Positions 9,617 to 18,813 of a stretch of DNA of 64,000 nt are shown piece after piece. The stretch is taken from the NCBI GenBank assembly GCA_043747615.1, contig JAYTOU010000042.1:59144-123143 (forward strand). Reading direction: 5' to 3'. The notes under the pieces were generated by a model. That model saw only the letters and a program-made list of their open reading frames with translations. It did no database searches and was not told where the DNA came from. The position numbers were made by a program, and so were the translations under genes. The DNA is from Myxococcales bacterium. GTDB taxonomy: Bacteria; Myxococcota_A; Polyangia; Polyangiales; Polyangiaceae. Each line of letters opens with the position of its first letter. Position 1 is the first letter of the stretch.

Positions 9617-10603
9617 ATGAGTCCCGAATCGTTCACGGTTCCACGCTGGCTCCGGAGCGCGCATTTGCAAACGCTTGGGGCCGCGCTTCCCCTGTGGACG
9701 TCGTTCCGCACTCGGCCCGCCGAGCTGGTTCGCTACCCGCTACCCGGTGGTGACGGCGCACTCCACGCGCGGGTGTGGTGGCAGCAGGAAAAGGCGCGCA
9801 CCGTAGTCCTCGTTCACGGCGTGGGCGGCACGAGCGAGTCCAAGTACGTACTGCGCGCGGGGGTCTCCCTCTACCGCGCGGGTTTTCACGTGATCCGTCT
9901 GAACCTCCGGGGCGCAGGTGAGGGCATGATCGACGCGCCGTCGCTCTACCACGGGGGTCTCACCGAAGATCTCTCGGTCACCGTCGATGCGCTACGCAGC
10001 GATCCGCGCGTCGCAGACATCGCACTCGTTGGATTTTCCCTCGGAGGCAATGCTTCTCTGAAGATGGCGGGGGAGTGGGGGTCGAGCGTGCCGAAGGGAG
10101 TGCGCGCCGTTGCGGCTCTCTCCGCACCGCTGAATCTGGTCGAGGTCTCGCGGGCCTTCGAGCGTTGGCGCGCGTATCCGTACAGCCGCTACGTTCTGCG
10201 CCATCTCGTTGCACAGGCGACCGCGTTTCGCCGCATGCATCCCGCGCGTGCAAACTACGCGCTCGAGGATCTCCGTCGCCTCCGTACGGTGCGCGCGTAC
10301 GACGAATGCGTCGTCGCTCCGATGCACGGCTTCGACAACGCCCTCGCGTACTACCGGTCGGCGAGCTGCGGGCCGTTCCTTCGTCGCATCGAGGTGCCGA
10401 CCCTCCTCGTGCATGCCGCCGACGATCCGATGGTCCCCGATTTCACGGTGCGTCCGTGGCTAAAAGAGCTTCCCCGCAGTGTCCGCGTGGCCTGGAGCGA
10501 GTGGGGCGGGCACGTCGGTTGGTTCGGAGGACTGACCGAGGATCACTGGGTAGAGACGTGGGCCATGCGGCGTGTCCTGCGTTTCTTGGGCGAGGAGTGC
10601 TAG
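9617..10603 (+). CDS. YheT-family alpha/beta hydrolase
   Basis: HLQTL, HGVGG, nucleophile elbow GFSLGG, DDP and GGHVGW. Confidence 0.85.
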   Translation: MSPESFTVPRWLRSAHLQTLGAALPLWTSFRTRPAELVRYPLPGGDGALHARVWWQQEKARTVVLVHGVGGTSESKYVLRAGVSLYRAGFHVIRLNLRGAGEGMIDAPSLYHGGLTEDLSVTVDALRSDPRVADIALVGFSLGGNASLKMAGEWGSSVPKGVRAVAALSAPLNLVEVSRAFERWRAYPYSRYVLRHLVAQATAFRRMHPARANYALEDLRRLRTVRAYDECVVAPMHGFDNALAYYRSASCGPFLRRIEVPTLLVHAADDPMVPDFTVRPWLKELPRSVRVAWSEWGGHVGWFGGLTEDHWVETWAMRRVLRFLGEEC

Positions 10604-10696
10604 CGCATCTAGGCCCACATGGCCGGGCCATCGCCGGAGGCGATTGACACAGCTCGACGTTGACCGCGGCATGGACCCGGCGAGACAATGTGCAGA

Positions 10697-11644
10697 ATGG
10701 AGTCTCTGGCCGTGCAGGGCGTTTTTCGCAATTCAAAAGCGGCGAAGGCAGATGCGGACATGCAGCGTGAAGTGCGCGCGCATTTCGATGCCCACCCCGG
10801 CGTGCGATTTCTCGTTGACGTACTGGCCGCGCTTCACGCCCGTCCCGATCCGGTGCGCAGCGCCGCCATGTTCTACAAAAAATTTCCGGCGTCCGTCACG
10901 ATGGAGGCTCTCGAGCATCGGGCTGACCTTCGCGCGCGCGTGTTGCAGGCGCTGACCGCAGGGCCGCCGTCGCTCACGCGGCGTATGGCGCCCGCCGTGA
11001 TCACCGCTCAGATCGAGCTCCTCGTAGATCGAGACATTCCCGGTGACGAGCGCGCCGTCCGCGCCGAAGAAGACCGCGCTCTGTCGGTCCACGAGCTCTA
11101 CCTCAAGTACCTCGACCCGATCGATCTCGCCGCGTACCTGCCCGCACGCGAGCTCTGGGCATACGAGGCGCAAGGCTCGTGGTGGGAGAAGGGAACGGAT
11201 GCCACGCGCCGTCTCATGGCCGCCGAGATCAAAAGCATTCGCCGCCACAAGATCCTCTCCGACAGCGACCTCATCGACGCGATCGGCGACGACGTACTCG
11301 AGCGCGATCTTCCGGTCGCCGTGAGGACCGCGATCCGGGGGGCGATTCGGCGCGCCGCCCGGGAGAGCAAGCCTTTCACGGACACCGATCTCTTCGATTG
11401 CGTTCGCACTCCCGACGGAACGCGCGATCTCGTCGACAGCCTGGCCGAGAGCGTGCCCCTCGCCGCCTTGCGAAACCTCGTGGTCCGCGCGGCTCAGGTC
11501 CTCGAGCTCGAAGCGATGCCCGCGCCGCCAGCGCCTCCCCCGGAGCCCGTCGTCGCGAGCGGAGAGCCTTCGCTGATGGAGTCACTTGCTCCTCCCTCGA
11601 TTCCCGCGCCCAAGAATCGCGATGCCGAAAACGATGTCAGCTGA
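10697..11644 (+). CDS. hypothetical protein
   Basis: Long ORF with GC3-biased codons that overlaps the next gene. No family recognised. Start could be 10688. Confidence 0.7.
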   Translation: MESLAVQGVFRNSKAAKADADMQREVRAHFDAHPGVRFLVDVLAALHARPDPVRSAAMFYKKFPASVTMEALEHRADLRARVLQALTAGPPSLTRRMAPAVITAQIELLVDRDIPGDERAVRAEEDRALSVHELYLKYLDPIDLAAYLPARELWAYEAQGSWWEKGTDATRRLMAAEIKSIRRHKILSDSDLIDAIGDDVLERDLPVAVRTAIRGAIRRAARESKPFTDTDLFDCVRTPDGTRDLVDSLAESVPLAALRNLVVRAAQVLELEAMPAPPAPPPEPVVASGEPSLMESLAPPSIPAPKNRDAENDVS

Positions 11645-12911
11645 GCGACCGCCGGTAACCAGCGTTCCTCGTCCCCGCCCGGACGACATCCCCGCAGTCG
11701 CTCGCGAGCTCACGGCCGCCGTCCTGTCGTGGTCGCAGCACAACGCCACGGACGCTCTGTCTGCGCTGCAGCGAGCTGCGGAAGCCGCCGCACAGGTGGG
11801 TGCAAAGCCACGCGCGCTCGAGCTCCTTCGCGCGGCGGGGGCGCTCGCGAAGATCGTCGACGCCGATCAGTTGAAGAGGCCGGTTTCGGCCTCCGAGGTC
11901 GACGAGATGTTCGAGTTCGACGAGCCCGCGCAGAAGAAGCCTCTCGGCGAAGAGGCCCCTACCGCGCCCCGTTTGGCGCCGACTACCAAGATCGAGTTGG
12001 CGACGGCTGCGTCGAAAGCGCCGCAGAGAACGTCCAAAGCCCCCCCGCTCCCTGGGTCTGCAGCGCCGCCGCCACTGCCGCCACTTCCGGTCCCGCCGTC
12101 ACCCACCGCCGCTGCGCCCCCTGCGAAGCCGGCACCCGAGCGCCCTGCGGACCCTCCTCAAGACACGGTGCAGCCTCCTTCGACACGCGCGTTCGATCAC
12201 GTCGAAGCGCTCGCTGACGTACCGCGCGAAGTGCGCGAAGCCTTGCTCGCCGGCGCCGAGCCCTTCACCGTCGCTGCAGGGAAAGAGCTTTCTGCGCCCG
12301 ACTTTCTCGTCCTGACGGATGGATCGCTCGAGGTGCGTTCCGCGAAGAGCGCATGCGCGATCGAGAAGATCGACGCGTTGCACGTGCGCTTGTTGAAGGG
12401 ACCGTCGAGCCTCGTCGTCGTCGGCGGCCCCGTCGGCGCGCACGGTCTCGTTCTGCGTGTCGATGCGTTTCAGGCTTTGCGCGCCGCCGCCCCCCGAGTC
12501 GCAGAAGAGCTCGACACATGGGCCGAACATCTTCACGCATTTGCCGGCCTTTTTCAGGGCGATCTAGGGGCACGTCTCGATGCCGGACTCCTCGACGAGC
12601 TTCGAAAAAAGCTAGAGGTTCGTCGACTTGCTCCAGGCACGCTCGCCGTGAAAGCAGCGGAGAAAGTCAGGGCCCTCGTGCTCGTGGGCGGCGGCGAGCT
12701 CACGATTCATTCCGCGCCCGCGGCGGACGGTCCGATCGTCGAACGTGTCACCGTCGGGGGGGTCCTCTTCGCGAGCGAGCTCGCCGATCAGCGCGCGGCC
12801 CCCGCGACCGTGCGTGCCGGTGCGAAGGGCGCCGTCCTCCTCGTCGCCAAGCGGCATGCGACCGAAGAAATTCTCGGCGACGCTCGCTTGCGCGCGCTCG
12901 TCATCGGTTGA
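11634..12911 (+). CDS. hypothetical protein with a Pro-rich linker and two degenerate cNMP-binding/cupin-like domains
   Basis: FLVLTDGSLEV and LVLVGGGELTI...GGVLFASEL...APATVRA resemble cNMP-binding beta-barrels. Start at MSAERP (11634) overlaps the upstream stop. Confidence 0.55.
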   Translation: MSAERPPVTSVPRPRPDDIPAVARELTAAVLSWSQHNATDALSALQRAAEAAAQVGAKPRALELLRAAGALAKIVDADQLKRPVSASEVDEMFEFDEPAQKKPLGEEAPTAPRLAPTTKIELATAASKAPQRTSKAPPLPGSAAPPPLPPLPVPPSPTAAAPPAKPAPERPADPPQDTVQPPSTRAFDHVEALADVPREVREALLAGAEPFTVAAGKELSAPDFLVLTDGSLEVRSAKSACAIEKIDALHVRLLKGPSSLVVVGGPVGAHGLVLRVDAFQALRAAAPRVAEELDTWAEHLHAFAGLFQGDLGARLDAGLLDELRKKLEVRRLAPGTLAVKAAEKVRALVLVGGGELTIHSAPAADGPIVERVTVGGVLFASELADQRAAPATVRAGAKGAVLLVAKRHATEEILGDARLRALVIG

Positions 12912-12938
12912 CTTTCGGATCCCAGAACAGACGCCAGA

Positions 12939-13961
12939 TCAGGCGACGTACGGCGTCTCGTCCTCGAGCACCACGGTGTTCTCGAGGCGCCCCATTCCCT
13001 GAATTTCAAGGGTGACGGTGTCCCCGGCGGCGAGCCACTGGTTGTGGGTGACCTTGGATCCATTGAGCTCGAGGAAGCAGCCCGTCCCGCACGTCCCCGA
13101 TCCGATCACGTCGCCCGGATAGAGCGTGACGCCGTAGCTCGCCCGCTCGATGATCTGCGCGAACGTCCAATTCATGTCCTTCACGTTGCCGCGCGAAACT
13201 TCGATGCGGTTCACCATGGCGCGCATTTTTAGATCGAACACCGCGCCGTTTGCGGTCTTCTTGGTGTGAGGTGCGAGCTCGTCGAGTGTGACTAGGAAAG
13301 GGCCAAGGGCGGTCGCGAAATCTTTCCCTTTCGCGGGGCCAAGCGAGAGCTTCATCTCTTCCATCTGCAGAGCGCGCGCAGAAAAATCGTTCATGATCGT
13401 CATCCCGAAGATGAGCTCGTCGGCGCGCGAGGCAGGCACGTTCTTTCCCTGCTTGCCGATCACAATCGCAGCTTCGAGCTCGAAATCGAGGCGATCCAAG
13501 TGCTGCTTCTGCACTCCCACCTCACCGGGCCCTATCACCGCCTGATGGTTCGTAAAGTAGAAGACCGGAAATTGGTCGAACTCAGGGATCATCTCGAGTC
13601 CGCGATTCTTTCGGGCGGTCTCCACGTGCTGGCGAAAAGCGTAGCCGTCGCGCATCGAAGGCGGGCGGGGGATCGGCGCGAGGAGCTTGAGGTCGGCGAG
13701 GGCGTACACGCGCACCGCGGGAGGCAGCTTTTTCTCCGTGTGCCAGGCGACCATCTGGTCTGCTGCGGGGCGCGCTTCCGTGTTGTGCTCGATGAAGCCG
13801 AGGACTCCCTCGCCGTAGCGCTCCTTCACAGTGGAGGCGTCCGCCTTTCGCCCGTGCGCTTCCTCGAACGAAACGAGGGCGGTTACGAGATCGAGCACGT
13901 GCTCCCCGACGACGACGCCAGCGCGCGCGTGCCCCCGTTCGTGAAAGGTGACGAGCTTCAT
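12939..13961 (-). CDS. fumarylacetoacetate hydrolase family protein
   Basis: LDFELEAAIVIG, MNDFSAR, KGKDF and PGDVIGSGT motifs. Confidence 0.9.
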   Translation of the reverse strand: MKLVTFHERGHARAGVVVGEHVLDLVTALVSFEEAHGRKADASTVKERYGEGVLGFIEHNTEARPAADQMVAWHTEKKLPPAVRVYALADLKLLAPIPRPPSMRDGYAFRQHVETARKNRGLEMIPEFDQFPVFYFTNHQAVIGPGEVGVQKQHLDRLDFELEAAIVIGKQGKNVPASRADELIFGMTIMNDFSARALQMEEMKLSLGPAKGKDFATALGPFLVTLDELAPHTKKTANGAVFDLKMRAMVNRIEVSRGNVKDMNWTFAQIIERASYGVTLYPGDVIGSGTCGTGCFLELNGSKVTHNQWLAAGDTVTLEIQGMGRLENTVVLEDETPYVA

Positions 13962-14030
13962 GCTGCGCTTCTACCATAGGTCGCATGATGTTTATGACGC
14001 GACACAGCTTCCCAAAGGTCGGTTAGGGGC

Positions 14031-14516
14031 ATGGCGTTTGCTCCGCTTGGCTCTCTCCCAAAAGGAATCCTCGCGCTTCTCTACGAGGTTTCGCGCCACC
14101 TCCTGCGCAGACCGGTCGTGGGAATCGCTGCCGCCGCCCGTGTTCCAGACGGTCGGTGGGTGCTCATTCGCCGCGCCGACACCGGGACGTGGGCGATGCC
14201 GGGAGGGACGCTCGAGTGGGGAGAGACGCTTCGGGTGGCCCTCGCCCGCGAGCTCGAAGAGGAGGCCGGGATCGTCAACCCAACCATGGGTAGGGTGATC
14301 GGCGTCTATTCACGCCCCGACCGCGATGTGCGCTTCCACGCAGTGACCATCCTCGTCGAGTGCCAGGTCGAGATTCCCGTCCTTTCTCCAAAGAATCCGC
14401 TCGAAATCCGGGAGGTGGCGCTCTTCGAAACCAAGGACGTTCCGCGCCCGCTCGCCATGGGCATGGACGACATGTTCAACGACGCAGCCTCAGGTAAGCT
14501 CGCCCTCGTCGAATAG
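14031..14516 (+). CDS. NUDIX hydrolase
   Basis: Nudix box GGTLEWGETLRVALARELEEEAG. Confidence 0.9.
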   Translation: MAFAPLGSLPKGILALLYEVSRHLLRRPVVGIAAAARVPDGRWVLIRRADTGTWAMPGGTLEWGETLRVALARELEEEAGIVNPTMGRVIGVYSRPDRDVRFHAVTILVECQVEIPVLSPKNPLEIREVALFETKDVPRPLAMGMDDMFNDAASGKLALVE

Positions 14517-14611
14517 CGCTCCCGGAGAACTTGGTGCGTGCTCGTTCGTACGTAGGTGGCGTGACGAAGTTCATGCGACACAGCCTGCCGAAGGTCGGCT
14601 AGGGGACGGCA

Positions 14612-15856
14612 ATGGAAAAGATCGGCGAATACCTCATAAAGCGCATGGTCGGTGAGGGGGGTATGGGCAAGGTGTACGAGGCCGAAGAGCGGCTCTCGAA
14701 GCGCCGCGTGGCCCTCAAGATCCTCCGTCCGGAGCTCACGCGCAGTGAGGACGGGCGGCGTCTTTTCCTGAACGAGATGCAGATTCTCGCGCACCTCGAG
14801 CACCCGAATGTCGTCCGCAGTCTGGCCTCGATGGAAGTAGACGGTCAGCTCGTGATGGTCCTCGAGTTTCTCCACGGTCACACGCTCCGCGAGGAGATCA
14901 CCCGGCGTGGGAAGCTCCCCTGGCACGAGGCGGTCGAGCTCATCTCGAAGACGGCCGAAGCGCTCAACGCCGCGCACGCCCAAGAGCCGCCCATCATTCA
15001 CCGAGATTTGAAGCCTGAAAACGTGATGCTCACCGAAGTAGACGGTGGGCCGCCGGGTCTGAAGGTGATGGACTTATGGATCGCCAAGGTGCTCGAGGCC
15101 GTGCACGCCACCAACACCCAAAGCATCGGGACGCTGCAATACATGAGCCCCGAGCAGATCGACGCGCACACGATCGACGCGCGGAGCGACCTCTACTCGC
15201 TCGGGCTCCTCTTCTACGAGATGCTCTCGGGCAAGGCCCCTTTTCACTCCGCGTCGCCGCGCGAGCTCTTGAACATGCAGTGCACGGCGCCCGCTCCCCC
15301 GCTGGGCGAAGAGGTGCGGCAGACGATGCCCCGCGGCGTTGAAGAGCTTCTTTTCTCGCTCTTAGAGAAGTCGCCCGACGATCGCCCGCCCAGCGCGGTC
15401 GAGGTGATCGATCGCCTGGCGCCGTTCCGCATAGCGTCCGATCGCGTGCAGCGTCCGCGTTCAAAGCAAGAGAAACCGAGCGTCGACGCGCCTGCTTCCG
15501 CCGACGCTGCGGCGCCGAACCCCCTTGCGCGCTCGGGAGACACGCTGCAGTCGACGCCGCATAAAGTCGCTCCGGCCACGCCCGACGCGGACAAGGACAA
15601 GCCGGCCGGTCACACGCCACCCCGCAAAAAAGAAGGCAAATCCGCGCAGCGGAAGGCTCGGCCCACGGACACCATTGGTCTCGTCGAGCGAGCAGGTGAG
15701 GCCCGCGAGATCTCGACGGGTCGGGCGCTCCTCGTGATCGGTTGCCTGTCGATCGTCGCTGGGCTCGCCACGTACCTCGTGCGCGCGAAGACCAGCTCGC
15801 CGTCGCCGGCTGCCACGGCATCGGTCGCGGCGGAGCCCCCCAGCCGCCAGAGGTGA
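14612..15856 (+). CDS. membrane-anchored Ser/Thr protein kinase with an atypical DLW in place of DFG
   Basis: GEGGMGKV, VALK, HRDLKPEN, YMSPEQ and DLYSLG motifs; the DFG position reads DLWIAK. C-terminal TM helix. Confidence 0.88.
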   Translation: MEKIGEYLIKRMVGEGGMGKVYEAEERLSKRRVALKILRPELTRSEDGRRLFLNEMQILAHLEHPNVVRSLASMEVDGQLVMVLEFLHGHTLREEITRRGKLPWHEAVELISKTAEALNAAHAQEPPIIHRDLKPENVMLTEVDGGPPGLKVMDLWIAKVLEAVHATNTQSIGTLQYMSPEQIDAHTIDARSDLYSLGLLFYEMLSGKAPFHSASPRELLNMQCTAPAPPLGEEVRQTMPRGVEELLFSLLEKSPDDRPPSAVEVIDRLAPFRIASDRVQRPRSKQEKPSVDAPASADAAAPNPLARSGDTLQSTPHKVAPATPDADKDKPAGHTPPRKKEGKSAQRKARPTDTIGLVERAGEAREISTGRALLVIGCLSIVAGLATYLVRAKTSSPSPAATASVAAEPPSRQR

Positions 15857-18813
15857 GCTCGGTGAGCACTCCGTCCTCAGGCGCTCCGCTCGACTCCGTC
15901 GGACGCGCGAGGCGTTTCGTCTGTTCCGAGGGAGAGCTCTGGATTTTCTCCGCTGCCGACGAGCGCGTGGCCAGACGCTTGGCCCACCTCGCCAAGGCGA
16001 ACGTCGGAGGCTTCTCCACGAGCGGACAAGACGAACGCGGAGCATGGCTCGTACGGCAAGTCCCGATTCGTCGCCTCGATGGGCTCGCGCGGAGCGAGAA
16101 ATTGCCGTGGAAAAAGGCTCTCGAAATCGTTCACACGATCGCGACCGGCCTTGCAGCCTGCGAGACATCTGCGCTCTTTCCGGGGCCTCTTCGGCGGAGC
16201 GACGTGGTCCTCGAGCCTACGATATTCTTGGCCGCGGACACGCTCGTGCGTGCGATCGCCGGAGAGGTGGGAGAGCTTGCTCATCCGAGCACCGCGCCGT
16301 CACCGAAGTGGACGCCGCCCGAGCAAGCCGGAGGCGCCGCGTGGGACAACGCTGCGAATCGTTACGTCCTAGGTCTCATCGCCTACCGCGCGATCGCGGG
16401 GAAGCACCCGTTTGGCGGCGGCGGTCTGCGTCACGCGCTCTCTGCGCAAGCGTCTGCCGAGGCGCCACCGTTCGACGACGAGCTGCGCCTCACCATTCGT
16501 CCGGGTGTGCAGAGCTTCGTCCTCAAGCTGATTGATCCGCGCCCATCACGGCGCCCCTCGAGCGCGAGCGAAATCGTCACGACGTGCGCCGAGCTTCTCG
16601 CGGATTCGCCGGAAAAAAGCGGGGAAATCGTTGCGGCAAGCTCGCTTCCCGTCGAGCACCGCGAAGCGCGACGCGCGGAGCCACGGGCCGCGCTCCCGAG
16701 AAACATTTTTGCGGTGCTTGCCACCAACCGCTCCTCGCCGAAAGCTGGGTTCCCTTCGTGGCGAAGCGTCGTCCCCCTGGGTCTTGGGATCGTCGTCGCC
16801 GTCGCTGCGCTCGTGGCCGGGGCGCGCGACGAAGGTCCGGCGAAGGCCGTCATCTCTTCTCTGCGCCCGCTGGGCTCGACGACCGCCGCGGACTGCGCGC
16901 CCTGCCATGCGCGTGAGGTCGCGGAGTGGGAACGGTCGGTGATGGCGCACGCCGCCAAGAGCCCTCTTTACGGTTCGCTCGAGAGCGTCGTCGAGGAGCA
17001 AGTCGGTCGCGATGCACGCTGCCCGAACGGCGCAGGCGCCCTCCGAAAAGCAGGCGCAGAGGTTTGCCGCAACGAACAGACCGGCATCACCGAGACCGGC
17101 GCGGGCGGCGAGCAGTGGTGCGTGAACTGCCACGTGCCCGGAGAAAATCTCAACCCGGGGATGCCGGCGTGGAGCGCGTTCGGCTCACGCGAGGGGCGCG
17201 CCCCCGTACGTGATCTGCTCTCGCCGTCATCGATGGAGGGAATTTCGTGCGCGGGCTGCCACACCGCGATCGGGCCGGTCAGGGCACACACGTTGCGCGC
17301 CGGCTCGGGCTACGAGGGAAATCCCTCCTGGGTCTCCGCAAATACGGGCTCGACCTTCCTCGCGCGACCCGAAGACTTACAGGGAAGAAGCGGCATCGCG
17401 AACAGCGGATACAATCTCGATGCCCGCTCCTTTCTGACCACCACGCTCGGCACGCGCGTCGGAGATCCTCCCGTCCACAAGCGTCCTTCGCGCGAGGCCT
17501 CGCGCTACCTCGCGTCGAGCGAGTTCTGCGGCGCGTGCCACGACGTTCGTCTCTTTGGCACCGACGCCATTGGCGGACGTGAGCGCGGCGAGCACTTCAA
17601 GCGCCTACGCAACGCGTACTCCGAGTGGCGCGCATGGGCGACCGACGAAGAGCGCGGAGGGCGGACGGCGGCCACCTGCCAGGGCTGCCACATGAGCCTG
17701 TATCCAGGGGTCTGCGCACCTGGGACGACGGGAAAAGTCGGTGACTGCCCCGACGGTTCGCACTTCGAGGCGAAGGCTGCCGGTGACTTCGGCACGCCGC
17801 GCCAGATCTCGCACTACTTTACGAGCGTCGACGTTCCCCTCACCGACAGCTATCCCGAAGCGTTCGCGTCCGATCGAACGCTCGACGGCGCCGGACTTCC
17901 CGTGGGCCTCCGCCAGCGAAGAGACATGCTTCTCCGAAAAGCATTTCGCTTCGAGCTCGGAGACGTACGCGTGGCCGGCGGACGACTCGAGGTTCCGGTT
18001 CGGATCGAGAACACCGGAGCCGGGCACAGGGTTCCCGCAGGATTCAGCCAGGAGCGTGAGATTTGGGTGGAGCTGACGGTCACCGATGCACGCGGCCAGC
18101 TCGTCTACGAAGTCGGAAAAATTGCGACGGACGACGCCGACCTGAAGGACAAAATTTTTCTCCGCGTGAACACGAGCGATAGCGCGGTCGACTCGAAGGG
18201 AAGGCCGCTTGGAGTCTTCGGAGCCGACGTCGCCGACGGTCCGGACGTGCCCGCTTGGTCTCCCGATCCAGCGCGCGGCGGCACGACCTTTCGCGGACGC
18301 GGCCTCATCAACTTCCAAAACGGATTCTTGAGATGCGTGCGCTGCATCGGAACCATCGACGACGCCGGCCGCTGCCAGGCGGGCCCCGGCCAGGGACGAA
18401 CCCGGGCCGATCGCTTCGATGACGGCGCATACGACCTCGACACCGGAGAGTGCCGCTCGAACTTGAGCGGCGGAAACGAGTTCTTCGAGACCTATTTCCC
18501 GGTCGGCGCGCTCGACGCCGATCGAGGCATAGCCAAGGCGCCCGATGCGATCGTCGATCTTCGATCCGCACCTCCGAACGTGCCTATCCTCTACACGTAC
18601 GAGCTCGATGCCCGCGCGCGGCAGGTGCCGTTTCACATCGAGGCCAAGCTTCGCTTCCGCTCCTTCCCTCCGTTCTTGGTAAAGGCCTTCGCCGACTACG
18701 AAGCGCGCAAAGACGCGGCGCGTGCGAGGCCAAGCGGTCCTCAGGTCGTGCCGGCGATGCTGAGGCGGATCGACGTGGTCGATCTTGCGAGCATCGATGT
18801 GAGGACCCCGTGA
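15853..18813 (+). CDS. fusion of a degenerate kinase-like domain, a TM helix and a multiheme (5x CxxCH) cytochrome c
   Basis: GTG start overlaps the kinase stop (GTGA). Kinase C-lobe remnants: WTPPEQ, NRYVLGLIAYRAIAGKHPF, DPRPSRRP. TM helix VVPLGLGIVVAVAALVAG. Heme motifs CAPCH, CVNCH, CAGCH, CGACH, CQGCH. Confidence 0.8.
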   Translation: MSSVSTPSSGAPLDSVGRARRFVCSEGELWIFSAADERVARRLAHLAKANVGGFSTSGQDERGAWLVRQVPIRRLDGLARSEKLPWKKALEIVHTIATGLAACETSALFPGPLRRSDVVLEPTIFLAADTLVRAIAGEVGELAHPSTAPSPKWTPPEQAGGAAWDNAANRYVLGLIAYRAIAGKHPFGGGGLRHALSAQASAEAPPFDDELRLTIRPGVQSFVLKLIDPRPSRRPSSASEIVTTCAELLADSPEKSGEIVAASSLPVEHREARRAEPRAALPRNIFAVLATNRSSPKAGFPSWRSVVPLGLGIVVAVAALVAGARDEGPAKAVISSLRPLGSTTAADCAPCHAREVAEWERSVMAHAAKSPLYGSLESVVEEQVGRDARCPNGAGALRKAGAEVCRNEQTGITETGAGGEQWCVNCHVPGENLNPGMPAWSAFGSREGRAPVRDLLSPSSMEGISCAGCHTAIGPVRAHTLRAGSGYEGNPSWVSANTGSTFLARPEDLQGRSGIANSGYNLDARSFLTTTLGTRVGDPPVHKRPSREASRYLASSEFCGACHDVRLFGTDAIGGRERGEHFKRLRNAYSEWRAWATDEERGGRTAATCQGCHMSLYPGVCAPGTTGKVGDCPDGSHFEAKAAGDFGTPRQISHYFTSVDVPLTDSYPEAFASDRTLDGAGLPVGLRQRRDMLLRKAFRFELGDVRVAGGRLEVPVRIENTGAGHRVPAGFSQEREIWVELTVTDARGQLVYEVGKIATDDADLKDKIFLRVNTSDSAVDSKGRPLGVFGADVADGPDVPAWSPDPARGGTTFRGRGLINFQNGFLRCVRCIGTIDDAGRCQAGPGQGRTRADRFDDGAYDLDTGECRSNLSGGNEFFETYFPVGALDADRGIAKAPDAIVDLRSAPPNVPILYTYELDARARQVPFHIEAKLRFRSFPPFLVKAFADYEARKDAARARPSGPQVVPAMLRRIDVVDLASIDVRTP

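Noticed and set aside
18334..18345. CVRC as a sixth heme site in the cytochrome fusion
   Set aside because: Not followed by His (CVRCI); more likely a disulfide or metal site.
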